Source of the DNA: Kiritimatiellia bacterium | GTDB lineage: Bacteria; Verrucomicrobiota; Kiritimatiellia; RFP12; UBA1067 | Assembly: GCA_045641645.1 (NCBI GenBank) | Contig: JAZUHK010000047.1 | Location: 51,316-115,315 of the forward strand | Direction: 5' to 3' | Length of the DNA stretch: 64,000 bases | Shown here: one piece after another, positions 27,479 to 37,517 of the stretch | How positions within the stretch are numbered: the stretch's first letter is position 1 | Layout: the number at the start of each line of letters is the position of its first letter | The notes under the pieces: model-generated | Told to the model about the DNA's origin: nothing | Seen by the model: the letters and a program-made list of their open reading frames with translations, nothing else | The model's database searches: none | Position numbers and translations under genes: made by a program

Positions 27479-28882
27479 ATGCGAGCGAAATGGTTATGGG
27501 CAGGCATTGTCGCGGCGGCGGCGGTCGCGGGCGAGGGTGCGGTCAAGGTCGAGGTCGATTTCACCGCGCGGCAGGGGCGGATCAAGCCCATGCACGCGGT
27601 AGGACAGGGGCCGCTCCTTTATTGGAGTGATTTTTCGCTGTATCATTATCTGAAGGAAGCGCATGTTCCCTATATCCGGTATCACGACGTGGGCGGTCCG
27701 TTCGGCAAGATGCTCTATGTCGATATCCCGAACCTCTTCCGCGATTTCGAGGCCGACGAGCAGGACCCGAAGAATTACGACTTCACCTTCACCGATATGC
27801 TCGTCAAGGCGTGTCTCGAAAATGGCATGAAGCCGTTTTTCCGCCTCGGCGTGACGATCGAGAACATGTCGCAGATCAAGAAGTACCGCATCTTCCCGCC
27901 AAAGGATTTCGACAAGTGGGCGCGCATTTGCGAGCGGGTGGTCGCCCACTACAACGAGGGCTGGGCCGACGGCATGCACGCGGGGATCGAGTACTGGGAA
28001 GTGTGGAACGAGCCAGACGACCGCGCCAAGCCCGAGGCGTCGTTCATGTGGTGCGGCACGATGGCGGAATATCATCGGCTTTACGAGGTGACGGCGAAGC
28101 TCCTTAAAGACCGTCACCCCAAATTGAAGGTGGGCGGGTACGCCTCGTGCGGCTATTATGCCGCGAAGGCGGGGGTGCCGATTTCCGAATCGCTGCCGCC
28201 CGATTGGAAGAGCGACGGCGAGCACCATGACAACTTCTACTTCATCAAGGCGACGCTCGACTTCCTCGACTTTGTGCGCGACCATAATTGCCCGCTCGAC
28301 TTCTTCTCGTTCCACAGCTATGACCGGGCGGAACGGGTATTGGAGCAGATCGAGAGCATTTCACTGGAGATGAAGCGTCGCGGCATTGCGCCGGAGCTGA
28401 TCTTGAACGAGTGGCTGCCGGAGCCGTCGTTGGAGCGGGTCTTTTCGCCCGAGCAGAATACGGATATCGCCTCCGTCCTCATCGGCGCCCAGCATTCGGA
28501 TCTCGCGATGCTGATGCTCTATGACGCGCGGATCGAGTGCCGCAACCCCTATGCGCCGCTTTTCGATCCTGTCACCGCGAAGCCGGCGGGGGCGTATTAC
28601 GCGCTCCAGTATTTCGGCGAACTCTATCGCCGCGGGTTCGAGGTGAAGAGCGCCCTCAAGGGCGATGGTCTTAAGGTCTGTGCGGCTTCGGACGGGCGGA
28701 CGGATGGCGCGGTGATGTTGGTCAATGCGGGGACGCAAGAGGTTGCGCTGGATTTCGGCGCGTTGGCGGGTAGATTCCGCTTTGGTTCGCTCACCGAACG
28801 CGACCGCATCGGCACGGCGCTCTTCGACTTGCCGAAAGCGCTCGCGGCGAAGTCGTTTGCGCTTCTCGTTTTCGGGCTTTGA
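27479..28882 (+). CDS. Clan GH-A glycoside hydrolase, GH39-like (beta-xylosidase family), with signal peptide
   Basis: YWEVWNEPDD acid/base motif in a TIM-barrel context, and an N-terminal signal peptide MRAKWLWAGIVAAAAVAG. Confidence 0.55.
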   Translation: MRAKWLWAGIVAAAAVAGEGAVKVEVDFTARQGRIKPMHAVGQGPLLYWSDFSLYHYLKEAHVPYIRYHDVGGPFGKMLYVDIPNLFRDFEADEQDPKNYDFTFTDMLVKACLENGMKPFFRLGVTIENMSQIKKYRIFPPKDFDKWARICERVVAHYNEGWADGMHAGIEYWEVWNEPDDRAKPEASFMWCGTMAEYHRLYEVTAKLLKDRHPKLKVGGYASCGYYAAKAGVPISESLPPDWKSDGEHHDNFYFIKATLDFLDFVRDHNCPLDFFSFHSYDRAERVLEQIESISLEMKRRGIAPELILNEWLPEPSLERVFSPEQNTDIASVLIGAQHSDLAMLMLYDARIECRNPYAPLFDPVTAKPAGAYYALQYFGELYRRGFEVKSALKGDGLKVCAASDGRTDGAVMLVNAGTQEVALDFGALAGRFRFGSLTERDRIGTALFDLPKALAAKSFALLVFGL

Positions 28883-28994
28883 ACGGCTATTGAGATTCCG
28901 ACTGTCTAATTATGAGGTTTCATTGTCTGTGTATGAGTCCGGCGATTGACGCCTGCGTGGCGCTGCCCTTGGTACGAGAGCTCCGTCGGTCACG

Positions 28995-29189
28995 ATGATC
29001 CGCCGCGCCATCCGTCTGGAGGGATTGGATGCGGAGCGGCGTTATCGGCTGAAGGAGATTAACCGCGGTGATCGCCTGCACGGGGATTTCGACGGCAAGG
29101 AGTTGACCGGCCGGGAGCTGATGGAGAACGGAGTTGTGGTGGAGATTGGCAATCTTTACGATTCAATGGCGATCGAACTTGCTCAATGA
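28995..29189 (+). other. Short ORF resembling the C-terminal beta-sandwich tail of a glycosidase; possible gene remnant
   Basis: 64 aa (…GDFDGKELTGRELMENGVVVEIGNLYDSMAIELAQ) with no upstream catalytic domain. Confidence 0.25.
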
Positions 29190-30341
29190 TGACGAGAAGA
29201 CGCGGGCGGGGGAACTTCTGATTTTATATTCCGACATGGTCACGCCGTAACGCGATTTGAAGCTGCGCATCAGCTGGGTGGAGGATCTCCAGCCGCAGAG
29301 ATTGGCGATGGCACCGAGCTTCATGTTCGGGCGGGAGAGAAGTTCCTGCACTTTTTCGAAGCGGGCGTCGAGAATGGCCGCGCCGATGCTTTTCCCAGTC
29401 ACCTCCAGAAACAGCTTTTCCGCAGTGCGTCGCGCTTTGCCCATCGCTTCCGCCACTTCGCTGATGCGGAGGCGGGTATCGGCGCGTTCGCGGATGAGCG
29501 TGAGCGCGCGGTTGACCGCCGCCGCGCCCAGCAAGGTCAGCGACGAATTGCGTCGCACGAGTGTCCGTGGCGGAATGTACGTGTGCCGCCGGCCGGCCGG
29601 CCGGTGTTCCATCAGCAGGGCGAGCGTCTGCGCGGCGGCCTCGCCGGCTTGTTCCATGTCCTGCTCGATGCTGGTGAGGGTGGGGTTCAGGTTCTCGCAA
29701 ATGGTCAGGTTGTTATCTACCGATACCACCTTGAGCTCGTGCGGAATCCTGAGGCCGCATTTTCTGGCGGCGGCATAAAGGGCGCTCGCCGCGAGATCGT
29801 TGACGGCAAAGGCGGCGATCGGAGGGTCGAGGCGGCGCAGGGCGGCGGCGATCTGGTCGCCGGACAGGATCGGATTGCCGTCGGTGGTTTCGATGAAACT
29901 TAAGGCGACCTGTCCGTGCTCGCATGATTTCGCGAAGGATGCGCGGCGCGCCTTGGACCAGGGGAGGTCGGATTGGACTGAAACGAAGATCGCCTGTGAG
30001 CCAGCGGCGGGGGCGAGTTCGTCGAAAGCCCGCTGAGCGATGACGGCGGCGTCACTTTCGACGGTATGGTATCGGCCCGGATGCGGGATGTTGGCATCGA
30101 GGAAGACGCGCGGCACTTTGGTGCCGGGGAGTTTTTCGAGAGCTTCGTTCGCGTGGTCGCCTTCGATGATGATGCCGTCGGGTTTGAGGGAGCGGCAGAG
30201 TTTGCGGACTTCGGCGGCAGGCGCCTCGGGTTCCAGGTAAAAGAGCTGCCACGCGGCGGCTTTGGCGACCCTGAACATGCCGATGAGTTTGTCGGCCTTG
30301 CGCATCTGGTTGGCATTGGTGAAGACGAGTACCTTTTTCAT
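29163..30341 (-). CDS. XylR-type hybrid regulator (PBP-like sensor + AraC HTH), paralog of 20399-21535
   Basis: MKKVLVFTNANQMRK… sugar-binding-fold N-terminus and a C-terminal …LGAIANLCGWRSSTQLMRSFKSRYGVTMSEY AraC HTH. Confidence 0.7.
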   Translation of the reverse strand: MKKVLVFTNANQMRKADKLIGMFRVAKAAAWQLFYLEPEAPAAEVRKLCRSLKPDGIIIEGDHANEALEKLPGTKVPRVFLDANIPHPGRYHTVESDAAVIAQRAFDELAPAAGSQAIFVSVQSDLPWSKARRASFAKSCEHGQVALSFIETTDGNPILSGDQIAAALRRLDPPIAAFAVNDLAASALYAAARKCGLRIPHELKVVSVDNNLTICENLNPTLTSIEQDMEQAGEAAAQTLALLMEHRPAGRRHTYIPPRTLVRRNSSLTLLGAAAVNRALTLIRERADTRLRISEVAEAMGKARRTAEKLFLEVTGKSIGAAILDARFEKVQELLSRPNMKLGAIANLCGWRSSTQLMRSFKSRYGVTMSEYKIRSSPARVFSSSLSKFDRH

Positions 30342-30436
30342 GCTGGAGGAGATTATAGCACATCATTTGCATAAAAGGATAGTAAAATAATTGCGTAATA
30401 CGCAATCTATTGACGCGGCAGAGATGGTAAAATGTC
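30312..30436. repeat. 125-bp block (regulator 5' end plus intergenic promoter/operator region); copy 1 of 2, second copy at 37517-37641
   Basis: About 96% identical to 37517-37641. Contains the perfect palindrome TTGCGTAATACGCAA (30391-30405) and TTGCATAAAAGG. Confidence 0.85.
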
Positions 30437-30472
30437 ATCACAATCAAAAGGATAAGAGAAAGGAAAGGGCAA

Positions 30473-33400
30473 ATGAAAGCTTATTCTCGCTTTTTGGGGG
30501 CTTGGATGTCCTGTGTCGGATTGGCGATAGCCGCACAGTCGCTCGCCGCTACGGGCTTACCCGAGGGCTATATCGAGCTTAGCTATATCAAATCGACGAG
30601 CACATCGTCGAATAGCGAAATCGCCCAGCAGTATCTCGATACGGGTTATACGCCGCAGGATGCCAAGTTGGGATTCGAGCTCGACTTCGTTTTTCATGGC
30701 GGCGTAAAGAAAAGCCCCGGGAACCGCATTATGGGTTCGAGCACCAAGAGCGGCAATTATGGTCTTTTCATCGGGGCTTATAGTGATCCAGCCCCTAGCG
30801 GTGGGGTTGGCGGGCAGTTTTACTTTTGTAATTCGCCCGTTAAGAACCCGTATATTAAGGGAGGTGTTCGTCAGTTGCTCGTCCTGCGAAATAAGCAGTA
30901 CTGGAGTTATGAAATTTCCGAGGACATTTTGAGTACGAATGAATTGGGCAAAATCGATTCCTTACCGGTACAGACGAGTAATTTGGGCTATGATGGATCG
31001 ATTTTGTTGGGATCGATTAAATGTGGAACCGAGAGAGCGGAACTTCGCGCCGTCTGCACTTTTTACCGCTTCAAGATTTACGATGGGGATACGCTCCTGC
31101 ACGATTTCGTGCCGGCGCTAAGTCCAGATGGTGTCGCTGGGCTTTATGATATTGTCGGCGAGCTTGGATTTAAGACGAGCAATGATCCAACTAATTATCC
31201 TTTTACCCCTGGCGACCCGGTTGATCTCGACGGTGGCACCGTGACGATCAATCCCGTACTCGTCGAGGCCACGATCACCGTGGCCGGAAGCGCGAAGGCA
31301 AGCGGGAGTTTCATCGAGGCGGGGTCGGAGGTGACGGTTACGGCGCATCCCCTCTTGGGCGGGGAGCGGGTGATCTCGTGGGAGAAGCCGCTACCTGCGG
31401 GGGCCGTCACTTCGATGTCGGGCGAGGATGCGGTATTGACTTTTACGATGGGCTTAGAGCCGGTCATAATCGGCGTAAGGTCGGTGGCGAATGTCAATAC
31501 GACCTTGCCGTCTGGGTATCGGTTACTTGAATATATCGAATCGACGGGAACGCAGTATGTGGATACGGGGGTTAAAATTGGAAGTGATGTCGCGATGGAA
31601 TTGGAGCTGGCGCTAACGCCGAATGAGACCGTCAACGATCAGTGCAACTACTCGGGCGCGGCGCTCAATCAATCGCAGGGATGGCTTTTGGTGGGCGATT
31701 ACGGCAAAGCCGAGAACAAGTTAGGCGCTTACTTCGCCAGGGGTACACGGGCTGGCGCGGAAATCGTCTATGATTCCGCTTTCCACTACTACTATTGCGG
31801 TGACGGCTTTCAGTGCGTGGATACGACTACGGCGAATAATTCGGCGACTTTTTCCAGTGAGCTCACGCTGTACCTTTTAGATGCCAATATCGAGTGGTCG
31901 CCGACGCATAGGCGCCGGCAGCGGCTTAAGTCGTGCATCATTTACGAGGATGGGGCGGTCGTGCGCAATTTCGTGCCGGCGCTGGAACTGGCTACCGAGA
32001 CCCCGGGGCTTTATGATGTGGAAAACGGAGCGTTTTACGGGAACGCCAATTCCAGTTCGTCGGATAAGTTTGCGTACAAGGAAGTGGAGGCACTCACGGT
32101 CGTCGGCAATCCGGTCGAGGTCGGCTCGCCGGTTCCCGATTATGGACTGGATCTGGCGGCGCGGCTGGACGAGGAGCGCACCTATACCTTTCCTAACGCG
32201 GGCTTCCCGTTTACCAATGCCGAGGAGACGGTCGTCTGTACGGGACTCAGCGGCTATACGCTCACTTTGAAAAACGGCGTCTCGTATTCGGGCGAAGGCA
32301 ATTCCACCTCTTTCGTTTATACGACGGAGCATTATGGGGCGACACTCGCGTGGAATTTCACCACCATCAGCCGCCTCACGTTTGCCGCGGCGGACGAGTT
32401 CGGTGCCGTCATTGGGGCAGAAGCGGGCTTTTATGCGCCTGGTACGGAGCTTACGCTGCGGGCGAAGCCCGTGCGGGAGGCGGTGTTCGCGGGATGGACG
32501 GGGGATGTCGATCCGGAGCACGCATTCGATAATCCGCTCACCGTCACGATGGGTTCGTCGCCGCTCAACCTCGTGGCGAATTTCCGTTCGAACACCCAGC
32601 CCACGGCGGAGGAGTGCTCGACGAAGGATCTCGTCGTTTCGATTATCGGCGACAGCTACAGTTCGTTTAGCGGCTATAATAACTTAGGCACGCCGTATTA
32701 TCCCGCTCGCGATGTCACTTCGGTCGAGCAGATGTGGTGGCGTAAGGTAATCAAAAACCTCGGGGCGAAGCTGGGGGTCTGCGATGCCTCTGGCGGGACA
32801 ACGCTCGGTTATAAGACGAAGAGTTCCTCGTTCCTTTCGCGAGTGCGGAAACTGGACGATGGCGCGAACGGTACGCCCGATATCATCTTCGTCTTCGGTG
32901 GGGCGAATGATCAGGCGCAGGGCGCGGGGCAGGGCGATTACCTTTACGATCCCACAACTTGGAATAATACGACGCTCGCCAGTTTCCGTCCCGCCTGCGC
33001 GGCGATGATCAATCACCTCCGTAATCTCTATCCCAAGGCGCGGATTTATTTTGTCGTCAATGCACCGGCGACTTCGGATACCGATATCTACCTTCAGCCC
33101 GCATATATCGATTCGATGACCAACGTCTGTGCGCATTGCGGAGTGCCGTATATCGAGCTTCACGATATTGATCGCGTAGAACGTCATCCGACGGCGGCTG
33201 GGATGGCGGCCATCGCCGAGCAGGTGACGGCGTTCGTCCAGGCGGATTTCGCCGCGCGCGCGACCTACGGTTATCAGGATAAGCTGTTTTATTCGAATGA
33301 CTCCTCTTTAAGCTGCCAAAAGGTGGGTAAGGAGTATGTCTATATTGCCACCAATACGGATCGCCGCATTACGCTCGTGGCGCGGCGCAATCTGGAGGTT

Positions 33401-34186
33401 AGGCGCTCGCTGGTGGTGGGCGGTGGCGGCGCGGGAGGCGCGACCATTGGCGGCGGCGGCGGTGGCGGCGGCGTGACGGAGGCAACGTATGCCGAGGGAG
33501 GTTTCCTGGTGAAGAAGGGCGAGCGGCTGACGCTGGTCGTGGGCGCGGGCGGCGGATATGACGCGGTGGTGCCGGCGGAGGCCTCGGGTTCGCCGATCAC
33601 GGTCGGTCATTGGCAAAGGGGCGTTAGCGGTACGGCGTCTCGGGTTTTGACTAATGGTGTTGAGCTCGCGTGCGCTGGCGGCGGTGGTGGTGGCGGCGGC
33701 TGGGAGAGTGTTGCTGGCGGTGCGGCGCAAGATGGCGCGAGTACTGGCGGCGGCGGTCGCGGCGGTGCAGCGGGAGCGGTTACCGGGGTTGGTCACGCGG
33801 GCGCGAATGGACCGAGTAACGGCAATGGCGGCGGTGGCGGCGCCGGGCTTGCGGGTGCGGCTTCAGGTGGCGGCGTGGGCGGCGCAGGCGGCGCGGGAGT
33901 CGAATCGGATATTACCGGTTTTGCGCTTGATTACGGCGCGGGCGGTGGTGGCGGTGCAGGTAATGGTAGCGGCCAGCCGGCGCAACCGGGCGCGGCGGGT
34001 GACGAAAGCGCTGGTGCAGGCGGTGCGGTCGGTGCGGTCGGCGGCAAGGGTGCTGACGGCTTGGGTGGCGGCGGTGGCGGCGGTGGCTACAACGGCACGG
34101 GCTATGTCGGCGGCAAGGGCGGCAATGGTGCGGTTATTTTGCGGGTGCGCTCGAAGGTCGAGGGGACGATATTGTTCTTAAGGTGA
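30473..34186 (+). CDS. Very large secreted modular protein (1237 aa): repeated type-A and type-B modules of unknown function, GYxFxGW repeats, an SGNH/GDSL hydrolase domain, and a ~240-aa Gly-rich tail
   Basis: Signal peptide. Module motifs include QYLDTGYTP…RIMGSS…YRFKIYDGDTLLHDFVPA…GLYDIVGELGFKTS and YRLLEYIESTGTQYVDTGV…HYYYCGDGFQCVD…VVRNFVPA. SGNH blocks IIGDSYSSFSG, FVFGGANDQ, DIDRVERHPT. Tail GGGGAGGATIGGGGGGGGV…. Confidence 0.6.
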   Translation: MKAYSRFLGAWMSCVGLAIAAQSLAATGLPEGYIELSYIKSTSTSSNSEIAQQYLDTGYTPQDAKLGFELDFVFHGGVKKSPGNRIMGSSTKSGNYGLFIGAYSDPAPSGGVGGQFYFCNSPVKNPYIKGGVRQLLVLRNKQYWSYEISEDILSTNELGKIDSLPVQTSNLGYDGSILLGSIKCGTERAELRAVCTFYRFKIYDGDTLLHDFVPALSPDGVAGLYDIVGELGFKTSNDPTNYPFTPGDPVDLDGGTVTINPVLVEATITVAGSAKASGSFIEAGSEVTVTAHPLLGGERVISWEKPLPAGAVTSMSGEDAVLTFTMGLEPVIIGVRSVANVNTTLPSGYRLLEYIESTGTQYVDTGVKIGSDVAMELELALTPNETVNDQCNYSGAALNQSQGWLLVGDYGKAENKLGAYFARGTRAGAEIVYDSAFHYYYCGDGFQCVDTTTANNSATFSSELTLYLLDANIEWSPTHRRRQRLKSCIIYEDGAVVRNFVPALELATETPGLYDVENGAFYGNANSSSSDKFAYKEVEALTVVGNPVEVGSPVPDYGLDLAARLDEERTYTFPNAGFPFTNAEETVVCTGLSGYTLTLKNGVSYSGEGNSTSFVYTTEHYGATLAWNFTTISRLTFAAADEFGAVIGAEAGFYAPGTELTLRAKPVREAVFAGWTGDVDPEHAFDNPLTVTMGSSPLNLVANFRSNTQPTAEECSTKDLVVSIIGDSYSSFSGYNNLGTPYYPARDVTSVEQMWWRKVIKNLGAKLGVCDASGGTTLGYKTKSSSFLSRVRKLDDGANGTPDIIFVFGGANDQAQGAGQGDYLYDPTTWNNTTLASFRPACAAMINHLRNLYPKARIYFVVNAPATSDTDIYLQPAYIDSMTNVCAHCGVPYIELHDIDRVERHPTAAGMAAIAEQVTAFVQADFAARATYGYQDKLFYSNDSSLSCQKVGKEYVYIATNTDRRITLVARRNLEVRRSLVVGGGGAGGATIGGGGGGGGVTEATYAEGGFLVKKGERLTLVVGAGGGYDAVVPAEASGSPITVGHWQRGVSGTASRVLTNGVELACAGGGGGGGGWESVAGGAAQDGASTGGGGRGGAAGAVTGVGHAGANGPSNGNGGGGGAGLAGAASGGGVGGAGGAGVESDITGFALDYGAGGGGGAGNGSGQPAQPGAAGDESAGAGGAVGAVGGKGADGLGGGGGGGGYNGTGYVGGKGGNGAVILRVRSKVEGTILFLR

Positions 34187-34190
34187 GGTG

Positions 34191-37100
34191 ATGGTTGATG
34201 GTCGGTGTTTGGGGGCGCTTTTGGGCGGCGTTGCCTTGGCGGTGCTGTCGGCCGTCGGCGGCGGGCTGCCGGATGGCTATGTTGAACTCACCTGCATCAC
34301 CTCTGACGGCAATCAATACCTGGATACGGGCTATACGCCGACATCGGTCGACTTTGGCTTTGAGCTGGAGTTCACCTTCAAGGGAACGGTCGGAACGGGT
34401 GGCACGCGCATTATCGGCTCCTCGACGCGGAAGGGGACGAACCCAGGCGTTTTTGTCGGCAGCTACCAAGGTGCTGCGGCTTCGTCGGGCGGTCAGATGT
34501 GGTTTTGCGGCGCCTGCGGAACCGGCAATCCGGGGATTGTCCCCAACCGCTGGATGTCGATCTCGCTCAAGCGCCGGCGCTACACGGCCAGCTCGGCCAG
34601 CACGTCTACGACCGTTGACTTGAGCGGGGCTTCAGATACGAGCGGGCTTGCCGGTTCCGTTTGGCTTGCGTCGGTTCACCAAAGTTCAGACAATAGGGCG
34701 CATTCCCCCGGCGACTGGTATCGGCTGAAGCTTTACGAGGGCGATGCGCTGGTGCATGACTTTGTGCCGGCGAAGGATTCCTCGGGGCAGGTAGGCCTCT
34801 ATGACGTGGCTGGCAATCTGGGCTTTAGGACGAGCGCGGTTTCCGGCAAGCCCTTTATCGCCGGGGCCGAAGTGGAGAGCGGCTCTGAAGATTCGTCTGC
34901 GCGGGTCGTTAAGGTTGACAACGAGTGGTATTATGAAGGTTCGATTGCGGGCGATCCGTCGGGTGACTACCTGCCAGACACCAATCTGACCTTTACGGCG
35001 GTGGCGAACGAGGGCTATCGCTTTGCCGGTTGGTCGGGCGATGTCGGCGCGGCTGAAATCGACGGGAACACGGCCGTGGTCAGGGTGACCGGCGAGTCGC
35101 CGCGGGGCATCGCGCTTTGGGCGAACTTTGAGAAGCTTCCCTGTCCGCATGTCTTCTCAATGTCGATCAAGGCGACGAGTTTTGCCGCGGGCGGCGACCT
35201 GGTGAATGAGGGTCGCCGGGATGAACTGATCGGCTGGCTTTTGGCGAACGGCTTCACGAAGGTCTACCTTGAGACCTACCGGCACAATGTCTATGCGCCC
35301 ACCGAGCTTTTGGCGACGGCGAGCAACGAGTTTGCGGCGGCGGGACTTGATGTGTGCGGGCTCATCACCCCGACTTGCCTTGACCTGGATCCCTCGGCGA
35401 CGCCGGTGAGCGGCAGCTATGAAACGTGCTTCAGCAATCCGTTCGCCCGCGAGCGGCTCTCGAATGAAGTGGCGCGGTGTGCGCGGCTTTTCAACACCAT
35501 CCTCTTTGACGACTTCCTCTTCGCCTCGTGTCAGCAGAGCTGCCCTCATTGCCGCAGCACATCGGTCGAGTTCCGCACGGAGCTCGTCAATGCCGTCTGC
35601 CGGGAGATCTTGGCGACGGCGAGGGAGGTGAACCCCCGCTGCCACTGCATCATCAAGTATGCCAACTGGTATGACCTCTGGACCGGCAGGGGACTGAACC
35701 CCGCCTTGCAGACCGCCATCTTCGGCGAGTGCTGGGTGGGGAGCGAGACGCGCGACGCAGGCAGCGATCCGCTCTGGGCCTGCAATGCCTATGACTATCT
35801 CAATTCGCGCTGCGGCGGGCGTTGCGGCGGCGTGTGGTTCGACCCGCTTGATTCGACGCCCGCCAAGTATGTGGAGCAGGCCTACTACTCGATTCTTTCG
35901 GGTGCGCCGGAGTCGCTGTTCCATTGCTTTGACTACATGCTGGCCGACAACGGCGGCACGACGCCCTATGGCGAGAGCTTTAAGGACGCCTATAAGTGTA
36001 CGGATCTCCTGGAGGAGCGCATGGAGGAGCTGCATGCGCTCGCCGATTTTTGCGATGCGGCCGAACGCGGTGAGGTGAAGAAGCTTTCAAACGGCATCTC
36101 GCAGCATTACTACACGCTGGACGGCGCCACTTATGTCGCCCGGGTCAACACAAGCAAGATGCAGGCGGGCGACGAGTTCGGGGTCTTGGCGCCGAACCAG
36201 TTCGGCTTCCCCTTGCTGGTGGCGGAGGCGACGGACGAGGATTGTCCTGACGAAGCGGAATATTTTGAGGATGGGCGGTATATGCGCGTACAGCATGTCT
36301 ATTCGGAAGATGGCGGCAATGGCTTTACCGCGAGCACCGAAAATTACATTGATACGGGCTACACCCCCGCTTCCACGAGCGTGGGCTTCTACTTTGACTT
36401 TGTCTTTGACGGCACAATTGGGACGGATGCGCCGCGAATCATGGGATCTTCAATCAGGGATAAGAACAACAACTGGGGCGGTCTTGAATTGGGCGCTTAT
36501 AATTCAACTGGCGGCGGCGAGTTCTTTGCCTTCGGCCACGGGCCCCAAGAGCTGGTCAATCCGCGCCTGCGGTCGGGCTGCCGCATGACGCTGGATTTCC
36601 GCAACGGCATTTTGCTCGCGGCGGATGGCGGCAGGGTGGACCTTTCGGCGCATCATGTCGATACGGATTTCAACGGGAACATTTGGATCGGCTGCGTTCA
36701 TTCGCCTGACTATGGCACGAAGAAGGGTTGTGCGCCTTTGAAGGTCTACCGTTACAAAATTTACGAGGGCGACGAGGTCGTCCATGATTTTGTGCCGGTG
36801 AAACGGGTGGAGGACGGAGCCGCCGGGCTTTACGACCTGGTGGGCGGGAAGGGCTTCCGGGTGGGAACGGGGTTTAAGGCCGGCACTTGGACGCCCCGGT
36901 CGAGCCGGGGCGCTTTCAGGCAGCTTCAGTATATCGAGTCGGACGGGCTGCAGTATTTTGACTTGGGCGTTCCGACGGCGACTAATGTGGCCTTCGAAGC
37001 CGAGATGGCGTCGGTTTACGAGGAGTCGACGGAGAACAACTACATCGGCGCGGTCTATGGCAGCAGTTCGGGCTGGATGGCGATTGGCGACTATGGAGAA

Positions 37101-37517
37101 GGGAAGCTCGTCTCCTATTATGCGACCAAGAGCCGGCAGGGAACTGGCGTCGAGATCCCCTATGATACGCTCTTCCACCATTACTATTGCGGGAACGGCT
37201 TGCAGGTGATTGACGGCGTGACCAATCACACGGTCTCGGCCAAGATGCCGGACAACGTCGCCACGGTCAACCTGTGGGCGTTTAAGGCGAATCTCACCTT
37301 CAGCGGCAGTTCCATGGCGAAGCTGAAGATCAAGTACCTGAATGTCTATCTGAACGGGGTCTTGGTTCGCCAGCTCGTGCCCGTCAACGCCGGCGGGCGG
37401 ATTGGCATGCTCGACAAGCTTAGCGGCCAGTTCTACCTGAACGAGGGCGCGGGGAGCTTTGCCGCCGGCCCTCCCTGCGCGAAACGGGGCTTGATCATCC
37501 GCTACCTTGGCCGTTAG
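34191..37517 (+). CDS. Very large secreted modular protein (1109 aa), paralogous modules to 30473-34186 plus a Cys-rich central domain
   Basis: YVELTCITSDGNQYLDTGYTP…YRLKLYEGDALVHDFVPA…GLYDVAGNLGFRTS, GYRFAGWSGD, a central …VYLETYRHNVYAPTELL…CPHCRS… domain, then a second A module (YRYKIYEGDEVVHDFVPV) and a B module (LQYIESDGLQYFDLGV…HHYYCGNGLQVIDG). Its start overlaps the upstream stop. Confidence 0.6.
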   Translation: MVDGRCLGALLGGVALAVLSAVGGGLPDGYVELTCITSDGNQYLDTGYTPTSVDFGFELEFTFKGTVGTGGTRIIGSSTRKGTNPGVFVGSYQGAAASSGGQMWFCGACGTGNPGIVPNRWMSISLKRRRYTASSASTSTTVDLSGASDTSGLAGSVWLASVHQSSDNRAHSPGDWYRLKLYEGDALVHDFVPAKDSSGQVGLYDVAGNLGFRTSAVSGKPFIAGAEVESGSEDSSARVVKVDNEWYYEGSIAGDPSGDYLPDTNLTFTAVANEGYRFAGWSGDVGAAEIDGNTAVVRVTGESPRGIALWANFEKLPCPHVFSMSIKATSFAAGGDLVNEGRRDELIGWLLANGFTKVYLETYRHNVYAPTELLATASNEFAAAGLDVCGLITPTCLDLDPSATPVSGSYETCFSNPFARERLSNEVARCARLFNTILFDDFLFASCQQSCPHCRSTSVEFRTELVNAVCREILATAREVNPRCHCIIKYANWYDLWTGRGLNPALQTAIFGECWVGSETRDAGSDPLWACNAYDYLNSRCGGRCGGVWFDPLDSTPAKYVEQAYYSILSGAPESLFHCFDYMLADNGGTTPYGESFKDAYKCTDLLEERMEELHALADFCDAAERGEVKKLSNGISQHYYTLDGATYVARVNTSKMQAGDEFGVLAPNQFGFPLLVAEATDEDCPDEAEYFEDGRYMRVQHVYSEDGGNGFTASTENYIDTGYTPASTSVGFYFDFVFDGTIGTDAPRIMGSSIRDKNNNWGGLELGAYNSTGGGEFFAFGHGPQELVNPRLRSGCRMTLDFRNGILLAADGGRVDLSAHHVDTDFNGNIWIGCVHSPDYGTKKGCAPLKVYRYKIYEGDEVVHDFVPVKRVEDGAAGLYDLVGGKGFRVGTGFKAGTWTPRSSRGAFRQLQYIESDGLQYFDLGVPTATNVAFEAEMASVYEESTENNYIGAVYGSSSGWMAIGDYGEGKLVSYYATKSRQGTGVEIPYDTLFHHYYCGNGLQVIDGVTNHTVSAKMPDNVATVNLWAFKANLTFSGSSMAKLKIKYLNVYLNGVLVRQLVPVNAGGRIGMLDKLSGQFYLNEGAGSFAAGPPCAKRGLIIRYLGR

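Noticed and set aside
30345-30368. Sigma54-like -24/-12 element (AGCAC-N5-TTGCA) in the duplicated promoter block
   Set aside because: The -24 element reads AG rather than the near-invariant GG. No bacterial enhancer-binding protein is encoded nearby, since the adjacent regulators are AraC-type. It more likely coincides with a sigma70 -35-like TTGCAT.
29224-30447. Multiple alternative-frame ORFs overlapping the XylR-like regulator
   Set aside because: The minus-strand 392-aa frame has coherent PBP and AraC-HTH domains; the others are low-complexity.
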